A model generated the notes under the pieces. It saw nothing but the letters and a program-made list of their open reading frames with translations. It did no database searches and was not told the DNA's origin. The translations under genes were made by a program, and so were the position numbers. Positions 36,950-49,100 of a DNA stretch of 64,000 nucleotides are shown one piece after another. Source of the DNA: Bispira polyomma (Eukaryota). The DNA lies in contig OZ287749.1 of assembly GCA_965649765.1 (NCBI GenBank), positions 40,486,001-40,550,000 on the forward strand, read 5' to 3'. The first letter of the stretch is position 1; each line of letters begins with the position of its first letter.

Positions 36950-37235
36950 TGTAATTGAGCTGGTCTGGTAATCATAAGGTCCCTTGTTCAACTCCCGGTT
37001 GGGTCTTGGTCTAGGTTAAAACCTGTTTTATGTAAATGAGTTAGTCCCCGGTTCTACTCCTGCTGATGGTGTTAGGGTCACTGGTTGGATAACATCTTTG
37101 GGCAAGATGTGAACATGCCCTTGCCCACTGATGATGACCCAAGCTGTGTTGTAGGACTACGCCTTTCACAGAACGAGCGCCTTGAAAGACGATATATCAA
37201 TAGGATGCTATATAAATGCATCAATAATAATAATA
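36950..37235 (+). mobile_element. SINE family A (tail type A2) with two B-box segments
   Basis: GAGCTGGTCTGGTAATCATAAGGTCCC..GTTCAACTCC, then a second GTCCCCGGTTCTACTCC. TTGGGCAAGATGTGAAC core and GAGCGCCTTGA..GCTATATAAAT(AAT)n tail. Confidence 0.75.
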
Positions 37236-37590
37236 CTAACCTACCATCACTGTAAACTGTCTGTTGATCCATATACTGCTGCATTGCCCTGCATTTATAC
37301 AACTAAATTTACCCATATTAATCCAGATATACCAGAGTTAGGAGAAAATCTAGAAGCTCTGAATCAGTTAACATGAGCAAACCTGAAACCAGTTAATGGA
37401 CAGTGGGGTTAACTAGGATAAATTTTACACAGGATACAGTAACATTCACAACACAGGTTGGTGACACCTGTTTAAACTCTATATTTCTTTGGTTTCACCT
37501 AGCTGCATGGCCGGAGTAGATAGCGAAGTAAATTAAGTAATATTGCACAGTACATTTAGGGCAGAAGTAAGTAGTAAAGTAATATGAAAC

Positions 37591-37991
37591 AAAATGTGTC
37601 CTCAGTTTCCTAATCCTGGCATCTTTAAAAGGTGCAAGTAACTAAGATTAAGTTCCAGAAGTTAACTATGATTATAAGATGATTATAAGACAAGGAAGGG
37701 GTGCAAAACACCTATAAAGTTTTTGTTGTTGGAAACCACTGAGGCCCCAGTTAGGATCTACCCAGGTAAATTCTGTGCAGAAGTGATGTTGTCTGGAAGA
37801 TGTTAGGGTGTCTGTATCCCAAAGTTGATTTATCCCAAATTTGTATTCAATTTTGATAAATATGCTGCTATAAAGTTGTAGTCTTTGTTTTAAAAACCAG
37901 ATAACCTTCTATAATGTCAATAGCTTGAATACAACTATGTTTGAAGAAATGATGGCTTGATAAGTAGAACATATTGAAATACTCATGTCAA
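37591..37991 (+). repeat. Local dispersed repeat L, copy 2
   Basis: Homologous to 32001-32593. The core 37678-37806 aligns to 32280-32408 without indels (15 differences in 129 nt by my count). Confidence 0.85.
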
Positions 37992-38064
37992 CATTAAAAC
38001 AATTCTATTCTGGGCTAATACATTTATGAGTTTGCAAATGACTGACCCAACCGCAACTGGATCG

Positions 38065-38162
38065 GACTAGATTAGACAATTATAAGACAAGGAATGGCTA
38101 CCAACACCTGTAAAGAACCTAGTGACACCCTAGTTAGGACCTACCCAGGTAGAATCTGTGCC
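38065..38162 (+). repeat. Local dispersed repeat L, copy 3 (core only)
   Basis: ATTATAAGACAAGGAATGGCT..AACACCTG and AGTTAGGACCTACCCAGGTAGAATCTGTGC. Confidence 0.75.
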
Positions 38163-39616
38163 AAAATTAATCTGTGTATATCTGAACAAGGACTAAGGAG
38201 AACTCTTGCAGTCCAGCATTACAGTTGTGTCTTGGAAATGGACCATGAATGAGTAACAGTCTGACTGTCCTTGACTTCTTAATGGTTTCACACACAGTAA
38301 CAATAGTGTTATATTAAGCCGCTTGGATTGGCCTCCTAATTGAAGCTCCACTCGCTTTTCTGATTCAGTTAATTCCTGTTTTGAGAATTGACCTTCAATG
38401 TATAAAATGTAGATTTCTTAAAAATAAAATATAGCATTCAGTACTTTAAGTCATAGGCATATAGTAACATGTGTTTTCAATTTTAATTTTCATCTGTAAG
38501 TTCTTTAAATATGCAACGAACAGTATTATAACTTGGCCCTATTGCGACCACCTGTGTGACACAACAGACTTAATGACATCATGTGCACACTTTACAATGT
38601 GGTAAATTTGAATTCAATCACTCCAATTAAGAAGAAATTCTGTGAAGAATTCTTTGATGACCTCTAAGACAACCCTTAACTAATATCTTATTACTGTACT
38701 GGCCAAGCTATTAGGTAACAAAACCATCGCGGAAAATTCCCTTGTTGAAAGCTAGCATACCTCAGCCTCTGTGAATTTTTTGGCTTTTGATAAATTGACA
38801 TATGGTTCTTATTTACTTGAAGTGCTGAGAATGTGGCTCTTGTTGCACATGATGCAATGAGTACAAGTCCAACTTGACAAGAGTGTACAAATATTTCAAA
38901 TTTAAAAGACACAGACCATTCATTAGTGTGTCATGCAATGGTGATTAAAGCCCAACTAAATGTCACACGTGTTGTAAAATCATTAGGGTACAATCACATG
39001 CACTTTTACATTTCAAAGAACCTGAAACTGTCTGACAACCAGAAACTCCACTGAAGCCACCAGACAAAAGGGGTATTTCACATCATCACCATCAGCAGCT
39101 TTGTCTTTTAAAATTCTCTAAACCACTGGTTCTCAGTTTTCTCAGTACAGTTCACAAAGACATTGTCTATTTATTATTTGTTAAATAACATAATTACTTT
39201 ATTACATGTAATTTATAACATTACAGCACTAACTCTTTAACTGAGAGTATTGGTATAGAATCAAACATAATATACCATATTGACCCTTTTAATATCCCTT
39301 CCTTAATAAATGCTTCAACCCTACTTTTTCCAGTTTATTGCTGGAAAAATTACTTTTCGACCATTTTGACTACTTGTTGACCGTTTTAGGGACTCATATC
39401 AGAAACTCAGGTGTTCACCATTTTAATATCTATCGCTTTGCCATTCAAGCTTCATAAAATGCCAACTTCTGTTGAAAACAAGGTTTTTTGACCATATATC
39501 AAGGATTATAACACAAGATGCTTGAAGGGTAAAACTGTAAACCATCAGATCACAAGTATATGTGTCTTATCTGAGAGTCTGCGTGTTTTCATCTAACAAC
39601 CAATCCTTGATGGAAG

Positions 39617-39802
39617 TACTGTAAAACTCCTATTATCTGAGCTTCTATTATCCAGATGTCTCATTTTATTTACACATTATGACCTTCTCAACTTACTTCT
39701 CTATTGTTATACACTAAAATGTCTTCTCTATTTTATAACCTTTCTGTAATCCAAACAAAATGTTGCTCTACCAACTTATTCAGACACTAGAATTTCTACT
39801 GC
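39617..39802 (+). mobile_element. MITE family M1
   Basis: TACTGTAAAACTCCTATTATC ... TAGAATTTCTACTGCA. Confidence 0.6.
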
Positions 39803-39902
39803 ATTATTTATTTTGACATGACTATGAACTGGTAAACGGAGGATTATTAGTATACGTACATTAACATATAACTTAGGTCCAAGATATTAACAAGTGCCAA
39901 AT

Positions 39903-40086
39903 TACAGTCAAACCTACTTAAATTGAACTCTGATAAGTGGAATTACCTGTAAGTGTAAAGTAGAAGTTATGTTAAGGTCCCATTGCTAGATTTCTAATTA
40001 CAATTTATGCTGTTAAGTAGAATTTAAGTTTAGTAGAACATACTTTTATGGTCCCTTCAGATTCGACTTAACAGTGTTACACCGTA
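39903..40086 (+). mobile_element. MITE family M2
   Basis: TACAGTCAAACCTACTTAA ... TTCGACTTAACAGTGTTACACCGTA. Confidence 0.6.
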
Positions 40087-40108
40087 CTATAGAAGCATAA
40101 TTATTATG

Positions 40109-40440
40109 TGCCATTGTGGCCTTGTAGGTAATACACTCACTTAGGAATGCAGAGGATCTGGATTTTATCCCAGCCTGTGGTTCCCATGTATGGCCAGATA
40201 CATAAGGCTCGAATAACGACTTAAAAATGGGGGTATTCTGTCATTTGGTCCTATCCCCAGTGACAGACTAGAGAACTGTGAGGACAGTTTATAAATGGTC
40301 ATCCTTGAGCTGCTAGTCTTCAGTTAATAGAATGACAGTCACTGGTGCTGGTTGGCTGTATTTGGGCAGTCAAGAAAAGGGTTATTATCACTTTGAAAAC
40401 CAGATAAAGGTAGATAAATATGTTGACTATAAATTGGAAT
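40109..40440 (+). mobile_element. SINE family B
   Basis: GCCATTGTGGCCTTGTAGGTAATACAC head. Body CCTATCCCCAGTGACAG..ATAAATGGTCATCC..GTCTTCAGTTAA is colinear with the 2040, 45525 and 59088 copies. Confidence 0.8.
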
Positions 40441-41484
40441 ATGAAAATAAATTATTCAAACTTGTTTTCACTAAATATTGAATTTATAAACCACCTGCTG
40501 TTTTCCAATGACAAATCCTCTTATTTTATATTAATTTTGACTGTTAAGTCTTTTATTATCAAAACAATGTTTCACTCAATCAAACTGTTCCAATAGTATA
40601 GTTCATACAGTGTACCAAACTGGGGTAAACTGATAACGAAATATCTTACCTTTATTAAATTACAAGGAAGGCTGGGTACAGAAATAGGTCACTGAGAGTA
40701 AAACCAATTTGGGACTGCTTGAAGCAATTGCTGGTATATAAATTAAGGATTAGTATTCTAATCATAACCCCTGGCTAGAAATGCCTGGCACCAAAGCAAG
40801 GCAACCCAATTATTTTACAACAAAGACAATGCCAGTCCCTTAAATAACTTCCAGTTTAGTCCAAATAAAGCAGTGCTACCTGCGTTCAAGGACAGCGAAA
40901 GAGGCGGGGTGAGTGAGTAGAAATGTCAGAGAAAATAAAACAACACAAAGAAATTCACTGCTTACAAACTACAGAGTTAGCCTTGTCCACACTTTAAAAT
41001 TGTGTCCTACAATACTTTGTAGTTTATTTTAAATGTTCTCTAATTTTTATTTAGTTTACTGCAACTTTTGTTCAATATTAGCCAACAGGAGTTTAAAAAA
41101 ATATGTAATACTGAAGACATCTATCGTTAAAATAAATTAAATATCAAACAAATAGTATATTTCCATAGAGACTTGACAAGGCTTTGATAATTGAACTCAA
41201 TGACCCATAAGTTAATAATCCCATCAACTTGTTACTCAAGTGTTGCAGTTTTACTTTTTGTAAACGTCATTAGTATAACAATTTAAAGCAATTGAAACAA
41301 TTGCCGATGCTTTTCACTTTGAGATCTCAGCAAAACCCTGCCTGATATTTTTAGATTTTTGTATATATTTAAAAATACAGAAGTAGACTCTAAATAAGTA
41401 AACAGTCTAATATACATAAGATTTAGATTTACTTAAAACTAATTGAAAGTAAAAAATTGGGACCAAAAAATTTGACTTGTACTA

Positions 41485-41656
41485 CAGTAGAACCTCTATT
41501 ATCCAATCTTCTGTTATCTGAATATTCAATTTTATAAACTCATTTCCATTTTTTTCTATGATTTTATACAGAAATGCCTCTTCTGCTTTCTGAACTGTCC
41601 ATTATCCAAACAAAGCCTCACTCTTATAACAAGTTCGGATAATAGAGGTTCTACTG
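41485..41656 (+). mobile_element. MITE family M1, best-preserved copy (Tc1/mariner-pogo type)
   Basis: Perfect 20-bp TIR CAGTAGAACCTCTATTATCC / GGATAATAGAGGTTCTACTG, with TA on both sides. Confidence 0.9.
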
Positions 41657-42069
41657 TAGTTCTAGTTGCAGAGTCTACTGTAGTTACAAACTCATTATGA
41701 TCAGAGATACAATTAATTTGGACTCAGAGTACTTCATGCACCTCTACAGGAACGGACAGAATTACAGTGTAGTTACATAAGTCAGTCAACCGAGTGCTAT
41801 GTCCCCGAATGGTACCAAACGGATGTACAAACAAGGGGAATCCAGGAACCAAATCGCAATGGCCCAGAAATTGCCACTCCTTACATTACACAACTTGATA
41901 CTTTACTCACCAGAGATAGAAACTACACAGTAATCAATGAGGACTGAAATACCAGCTACTGCTGTGGCATTTTCTATATTTATACACAGATTGAGATAGA
42001 AAACAGAGGTTACGAAGTGCTGTTTATTTTGTTGTTTTTTGTTGCTATATAAATTCCTTCAGAGGGATA

Positions 42070-42278
42070 CACAGTACAACTTCTATTATACAAACTTATT
42101 TTTTTATCCGAACATTTGATTTCATGAACCCAATTACATTCTACTAAATATATATTTTCCTATTATTTTGTGCTAAAATACCTCTATAAAACAGCTTCTA
42201 TGTTATGAACTTTCTTCTATAATCCGAATACTTTGTTACTCTCCTAAGATATTTAGATAATAGATGTTCTGTACTGTA
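42070..42278 (+). mobile_element. MITE family M1
   Basis: CAGTACAACTTCTATTAT ... GATAATAGATGTTCTGTACTGTA. Confidence 0.65.
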
Positions 42279-42621
42279 TAACACAGACAACAGAGACTTG
42301 GTTTGATCACAAGTGTGTTCAAGTATTACGGTACTGTATTTCACAACAAAAAGATTAACAACTCATTACAAGAACTGTAAGCAAGAAAATAAATAAATTA
42401 GCTATAAATCCTGTACACAAAGTATATAGGTGAGTACTGCATACTAAGGCGAATCCTAGAAGATCTAAGAGAGATATGTTTCTCCGGAAGCATGATTTCT
42501 AGTTTACAGAGTACAGTTTACAGAGTAACATAAGGCACTTCAGGACAAAAGTTACACTTATTTAAAGAGAGTCTGATTGAACAGAGTTCTATTTTAGTAG
42601 GTTTGTACGTGAGTATGTTAT

Positions 42622-43075
42622 GTGGGGTTCACACTATGACGGTATGGACAGGTGGTAGAATATGTTTTGAAAATCGCATTCTAGTGCAGGAACCCTATCT
42701 ATAACTTCCCTCAAGTTTAGCTTCCTTCCTGAAACTTCTGCAGTCGGCCGTGCGAGGTGGAAGTTTTGGGTAGGGTCAAAATTTTGCCTTACCAAGGCGG
42801 AAAATTGCTTCCGCCATTTCCTAGTGTTCCTGTATCACTACTGTAGTGTTCTATCGCAGTAATCGCGTTTTTCCGACTATTTTCGAGTATTTCTGTGTAT
42901 CACTTCTGTAAGTCTTTCATGCCAGTAATCGTCTGTTTCCATCTGTTTTTATCTGTAAAACCTATCTGGACAAGTTCAGGGGGTACACTTTCCCTAGATG
43001 CAAGACAAGTCACAGTACCTTCCTAGTACCTTCCGGTACCTCCTATCATACCACCAATATGTCAACTAGGTATTA
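42622..43075. mobile_element. Degraded PIF/Harbinger-like non-autonomous element
   Basis: Left end GTTCACACTATGACGGTATGGACAGGTGGTAG versus right-end reverse complement GTTGACATATTGGTGGTATGATAGGAGGTAC. The right arm is homologous to 24560-24705. Confidence 0.5.
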
Positions 43076-44734
43076 CTTCATCAGTAACTCTAGAGAAATC
43101 ATTCTTTTTTTAATCAATCTTTTTTTAAATATCTCCAGTACAGAACTGTAAAATATTAGGAAGCTTGTGAAAAAGAAATCAAGAAAAGAAAATGTCTTGG
43201 ATGGGTACATTCTACTTTGTAGATAGGCGAAGGCCAGCTATATATGCTGTGCCAGCTCAGCTCTGGAGTGACAAAAGAGATTTGTCACCAACCAAAGATC
43301 AAGGACTGTAAACTTAATAATTTGTTATTTTTTATACAAAGAATGCTGTTTATACAGTTAACACTTGACCCTTCCGTGAGGATATCCGTCAACTACTAGG
43401 TAACAATCATCAATGTATGTTATTCCTAGATACGATGACCATCAGTCACTTCAAGGTTTTTTCTAAATACTTAGCTGTCAGTTAAGAACCCATGCCATTA
43501 CTAAAGGGTTTATCTATTGTCCTGTTCTGTTTGTTGAACTAAGTCATTCAAAATGTATATTCTTGGAATAGTACAACGCAATATTTAATCACTTTAGAGA
43601 GTGGTACAGCAACAATGTGTTATCACTAGTAGCACTTAAGTATCAAATTCTTTAGCAGCAGAAATCACCTTCAAAACAATGTATCATACTTATCAGCTAA
43701 TTGAATCTATCAGATTGCAATAATTCAACCTGTTTGTTAAAATAATGTTGATTGTTCTATTTTAGGAAATTACCAATGACATTGTAGTTTTTCAATAAGT
43801 TTAGTGTTAGTAATACAAAGTACTTTCCAGACTACTCCAAGACGAGTATAAACTAGCCAGTGATGCACCATTAAGGCAAGTGGTGTGATTGCTTTCACAC
43901 ACAAGCAAAAAACTTACATATGAGCTATATCTGCCACAGTCATGATCTGTCTATGTAAATGTACAGTGATAGGAATACTTTTTTACCATGTTACTTCATG
44001 TATATTTGGGGTAACCATCACACAAGGTGAGTATACCATAAAACTTAAAAAGGTTTCTAGGTTGAACAACTCATCTCACCTTGCTAGTACTCGCCTTCCA
44101 GCATATCAGGGGGCTGGTATTTACAAAGATTCTCAGTCTCAAATTTTGTATTAAGCAGTTTGATTGGCTGAAAATATTTTTTCGACCAAGAAAAAAATTT
44201 AAGAATTGCATTCTAAGTTTTAAGAATGTTTGTGAGTAGTTGACTAGTTGTAACAATAGGGTTTCCAAAATATTGACTTGCATCGGTGGTACTTGCCTCG
44301 CTCTAATCTGTAAAGGCCTTTAGTCACAGCAAAAGTCACATTCATTTAAAATCATTCTGAAATCTTTTTCCCATGTCGAGTGTGCTGAAGAATTCTGATT
44401 TCTGACAGCGATAACCTGAGAAAGGTGTGGGAAAATGCAACGTTGATAAGTCTGCACTTGCTGAGATCACACCTTTCAATCTGATACACTGTACAGCATT
44501 GATCAAAACTGTCACATAGGATGTCACCCTTAACAATGTCTTAGTCTATCTGAAGTGTGTGTAGTTTACTTACTACTGGTTAAACAAGCTATACACCACC
44601 AGGATTGTACTAATGACATTCTGAAAATTGTAATCTTAATCAATGAAACCCTGACTTAGTGTGCCCAGCAATCGAATACAAAATAACATCTATACTTCTA
44701 ATGTTTTTTCCAATAGAGTAGAGAATATTTAGTA

Positions 44735-44910
44735 TCAGAAACTCTGCTTGAACCAAATACTTGATCTCATTTTCACTTAACTAAATTCACACTTTTCTAT
44801 TGCTTTATACGCATATGACTAATTTATTTTATAGTCAATCTGTTATCCAAAAATAAATCTTGCTTTCCAAATGGGATACTAGAGGTTTGGATAATGAAGG
44901 TTCTACTCCA
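44735..44910 (+). mobile_element. MITE family M1, degraded
   Basis: Ends GTTATCCAAAAA..GTTTGGATAATGAAGGTTCTACT. Confidence 0.5.
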
Positions 44911-45086
44911 TGTCCGTGTCCGACATATTAAGAAGTTGTAATTGAAATTGAAACAAGTAGTAAACCTTTGGATATCATCATGAGTTTACTTAACTTTTTA
45001 TAACATTCTTGTAGATCCTTCAACAAAAATAGCCATTTATTCTGTAATTCCCTGTATATTTGAGCTTTGGACATGTAAACTTGTTA

Positions 45087-45480
45087 GTCCAGGTCCCACT
45101 GTGGCAAATTTTGACCACTAATACCGGCAAACCCGAAATTTGTCACAGCTGGTTGCTAATTCCTCCCGATTCTTTGTCATTCTTCCCTATTCTCCATCCC
45201 TCGTGTTGGGGCTACGAGAATTTCAAAATGTTGAAAACTCTCGCCATCATTCGCCGGGTTTTTTTTTTCCGTCAAGAATTTGCCATGGTTGGTAGCAGCT
45301 TCTTTAAAGTAGTAGCTCCCTTGTTGTGTCATTGTACTGACATTGTTTGGTCACACATTTACAAATTTTACACCTAAAATTCTTACTAGTTGGGGTAGTG
45401 CATTCCTCCTAGTTGGTAGCCAATTTGTTGTGATTCTTCACAATTCTTCCAAATTCTCCACCCCTTCTCCATCCATTGAA
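45087..45480 (+). mobile_element. Degraded Harbinger-like fragment
   Basis: GTCCAGGTCCCACTG start and internal hairpin CGAGAATTTCAAAATGTTGAAAACTCTCG. Confidence 0.3.
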
Positions 45481-45524
45481 GTGTATTATTTGACTCTCGT
45501 GATATGCTTATTTTATTTTTTCAC

Positions 45525-45685
45525 CCAACAAGTTTTAGCCTGCCACTGGGCATAGTAACCAATAACACACAGGCCGCCATTTTAAGTAATCATCTGAGCC
45601 TCTTGGAATCCCACAGTGGGATTACACCCAGGTCCTCTACATTGCTAAGTAAGAGTGTTACCAGCAAGGCCTACACTTTCAATAG
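45525..45685 (-). mobile_element. SINE family B, 5' half
   Basis: Reverse complement GGCCTTGCTGGTAACACTC..GTAGAGGACCTGGGTGTAATCCC..GGCTCAGATGATTACTTAAAATGGCGG..CCCAGTGGCAGGCTAAA. Confidence 0.75.
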
Positions 45686-47047
45686 GGACAATACGCACAT
45701 CAAATGTTTTGTAGACGGAAGGCTTCTTAGTCTTCCATGTATAAAGTTATTTATAAGAACAAACATATGAATTACTAAAATCATTATGCCTTTGGTTTAT
45801 GGTTAAAAAAAAACTATCTGTGTAACGATGTAAGGCACACCTTCTTCTGCATGAGAAAAATGGTAGCTATTAACCAACCCAAATGAATAAAAAAAAACAT
45901 CTGAAAATGCAATGTAAACAAGACAAAAAATGGAAAGTCAGTCTCTTCTTGCTGGGTACATCAATGACATTAAACCTTTTAGTGCTTTTATTAAAGGCCA
46001 TTTCATGTTTGACACAGTACATCTTGCTTGTAAATTTAAAAACTTGCGTATCAAAGGTGGTGCTCTGTCGCCAAAGTGTCAGAGACAAAATTGATAATGT
46101 GTGGGAAAATCGACTGTCACAAAAACTCCATCTGAATTAAAATAAATGAAAGTGGAATCAATGAATGATCATCACCGCATATTGCAACTAGATGTCTGCA
46201 AATGTTGGCTCCATTTCAAAAGTTATAAACTCACACGTATAACTTGTGAAAAAGTCCTCACTGTCACTGTCATACTCCTATATGGTGATGTGAATGCTAC
46301 ACAGTAATGAAGCAATAAGGCAAGACACCAGGCTACCAGACTAGTATTACAAACTCTAATGTCAACTGAGACCCTATTTGTCAGAAATAGATGTAAAAAA
46401 AGTATGTAAAAAATTTAAAATAAGTATAATTATCTTAAATAGGCAAATATAACATTAGTTCCAGGTGACTGCCACGTTAACCGCAGTTAATATTTTTGAT
46501 TATTTTAGCTAAGGAGTTAGGATACTGCTTCTAGTCATAATTCAGCCGCCTGTCACAAATCGGCCACCAAATATTAACGACATGTATGTACTCTATTTAA
46601 CATCAGTATTGTATTTGTCTTCCTTTTAATCCCATCGTCCATCTTATACCTAAAGTGTTAATAAGTGGCATTTAAAATTTGACAGGCAATACAACAGACA
46701 CCCGAATTATAACCAGTAATGAAAATGAATTCCCAGTGTAAAGTTGAAGGTGTAGTGATATTTTACCTAAAAATGACTAAAAGCAAAAATTTATTTAAAA
46801 GTAATCTTATGAAATATCGTAAATTAGTGAAATTTTGTTTCACCTCAAAACTTCATGTGTACAATATCTGTGCAATGCACTCCAACACTACAACATTAGT
46901 TTTTCTTCTTAGAAAGATTTAAGCACCTCGAAAATGAAACACAGGCCATTGTTAGTAAGTAGTATAGATGAGGTCTTTGAATAGGGACTTGCATGACTAC
47001 ATTGGAAAAGTGTTAAGGACTGCAGCGAACAAAACCAGGCAATGTAT

Positions 47048-47547
47048 AACAAGTGGGGTTATAGACCTCAAAAAGGCGGGTTGTGCAATTGGTATTAGTC
47101 CAATCCGAACCAAGCTATTGACATAATACAATAATACACCTCCACAACAAATTTGGTGATAATAGCTGCAATACTTTTCCTTTAAATGAGCGGAACGGCA
47201 GCCATCTTGTTTTTTTGAATGGGCCCAAATACAATCCCAACCAAGCTATTGACATGATACACCTCCACAACAAATTTGGTGATAATAGCTGCAATACTTT
47301 TCCTTTAAATGAGTGGAACGGCAGCCATCTTGTTTTTTTGAATGGGCCCAAATACAATCCCAACCAAGCTATTGACATGATACACCTCTACAACAAATTT
47401 GGTGATAATAGCTGCAATAATTTCCTTTAAATGTCCAAAAACCGTTTTTAAGATGGTGGCCTGTTATTCAGGATGGGCCCAAATACAAGACAGAGGTCAG
47501 ACACATCAATCTAATAGATGTGTTGGTTACATGCAACCCGCCAAAAA
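47048..47547 (-). mobile_element. HINE/DINE-1-like element family H1 copy 2, with 123-bp tandem array
   Basis: Same ends as 524-891 (AACAAGTGGGGTTATAGACC..AGGCGGGTTG / GCAACCCGCCAAAAA). GGGCCCAAATACAA at 47221 and 47344 (period 123), plus partial units. Confidence 0.85.
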
Positions 47548-47551
47548 TCAA

Positions 47552-47730
47552 ATACAGTAGGACCTCCATTATCAAAATATACGATTGTAAAATCTTATTA
47601 TTTATTCTCCCAACATTAAGTTTCTCTACCGTCTTATATAGAAATGCCTCTTCTATTTTATAAGATCTTCCATTATCTGAACAAAATATTGGCTCCCCCA
47701 ACAAAGTTGGATAATAGAGGCTTTACCATA
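47552..47730 (+). mobile_element. MITE family M1
   Basis: TACAGTAGGACCTCCATTATC ... TTGGATAATAGAGGCTTTACCATA. Confidence 0.7.
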
Positions 47731-48663
47731 TACATGTTTTTCTTGGATACTACCTATACTTATATGCCCGGTGAGTACTATTGTGTACCCATTTCTCACT
47801 TCATCTTGTCAAATACCGAGCACACACTTTCCCACGATGGTGTCATACCACCAAAAAAAGACACAAACTAGTGTTTTCTGAAAAAAGGGAAGCAATCTTA
47901 TCCTACTTGAAATGACACCTGGGAACCTTATTTGGTATCGCACCATCAACTCCACCATTGTGAGCCAGTCACCCTCGATTCAAAGATGTGGCCTCCACAA
48001 AGCAATTTTCTACTACATTTGTTACTGCATTGAGACCCTTTAAGAAGCAAAAGTACAAATTAAAATAAAACAGATGTTTCAACTAGTTCTAAACATTGAT
48101 GATCACAAATGTAATTTATAACTGTTACCCAACACTATAGATCAAGTCAATAGATCTTCTGTGGTAAGGGCGTGGGTGACAGTGTGGGGGCCTTATAGGT
48201 TTACAAACCGGGCTGTCAATAACAACCGTGGGACAAAACTACAACACGGCACCACATTGATAAAATGCCCGGCCGGGCTTATTGTGTTACTCATGCATCC
48301 TCTTTCTATAAACATTGGGGACATCAAACATTATATATGTACTCCAGTTTATAGATCAATTTTTACAGGTGTAATATTAAATTATTAATGATGTATATTA
48401 GAGAGATATTTTAGAAATGTTAATACATAGTTCTACATCTACAAGCAATACTTGCCTAATGGAAATCATCTCGGAAATAAAAAAATGCAGTAAATTTATG
48501 TGTAACATAACTGCAACAATTGTACAAATAATATATATTTTTTCTATTTTTGCACAATGAAAATGTTAGTTTGCTCTGAGTTATAAGACTTATTTGCATT
48601 AGCACTGAACAAAACCATCAAACTGTAAGTAATTATTAGGCACAGTTTGATGTTGTTTTCATT

Positions 48664-48860
48664 TTAAAAAGGACACCACCATCTTTGAAATAATATGTAA
48701 GGCCTTCATGGATTGGTTGGAAGCGATGGACCCGTCCAAATTGACGGATGTCAGATTAATATTTGTAGGGGTGTCAAGCGGGCCCGAACAATTAGCGGCC
48801 ATATCAATGTTAGTGTATTTCATAATGTTCGCCTTTGTCTTTAAAAAAACAACAACTCTT
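48664..48860 (+). repeat. Dispersed repeat, possibly Kolobok-like, copy 1
   Basis: TTAAAAAGGACAC..AATATGTAA.GCCTT.ATGGATTGGTT.GAAGC.AT.GACC..GTCAG is shared with 61899-62025. Confidence 0.6.
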
Positions 48861-48949
48861 ATTTATATATAGAAATAGAAACAGAGGAAAAATATAACAG
48901 CATCCAATAGTCATGCGTTGAAAGCCTCAGCCCAAATAAGTCCAAACAA

Positions 48950-49100
48950 AACGTTCATAAAATAGGAGTATTTCCCTATAAAACAGTAGGAAAATATACC
49001 GTATATTTGGGAGTGAAATTAAGCTCATAAAATCGAATAAATCGAATATTTAATCAGATGTGATGATAATAGAATTTCTGATACAAGAGGTACTACAGTA
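48950..49100 (-). mobile_element. MITE family M1, partial
   Basis: TCATAAAATCGAATA..GATAATAGAATTTCTGATACAAGAGGTACTACAGTA. Confidence 0.5.

Noticed and set aside
47115-47430. ORFs with 41-aa repeats on both strands, and the similar ORF at 500-769
   Set aside because: They are translations of the 123-bp internal repeat of the HINE-like element.
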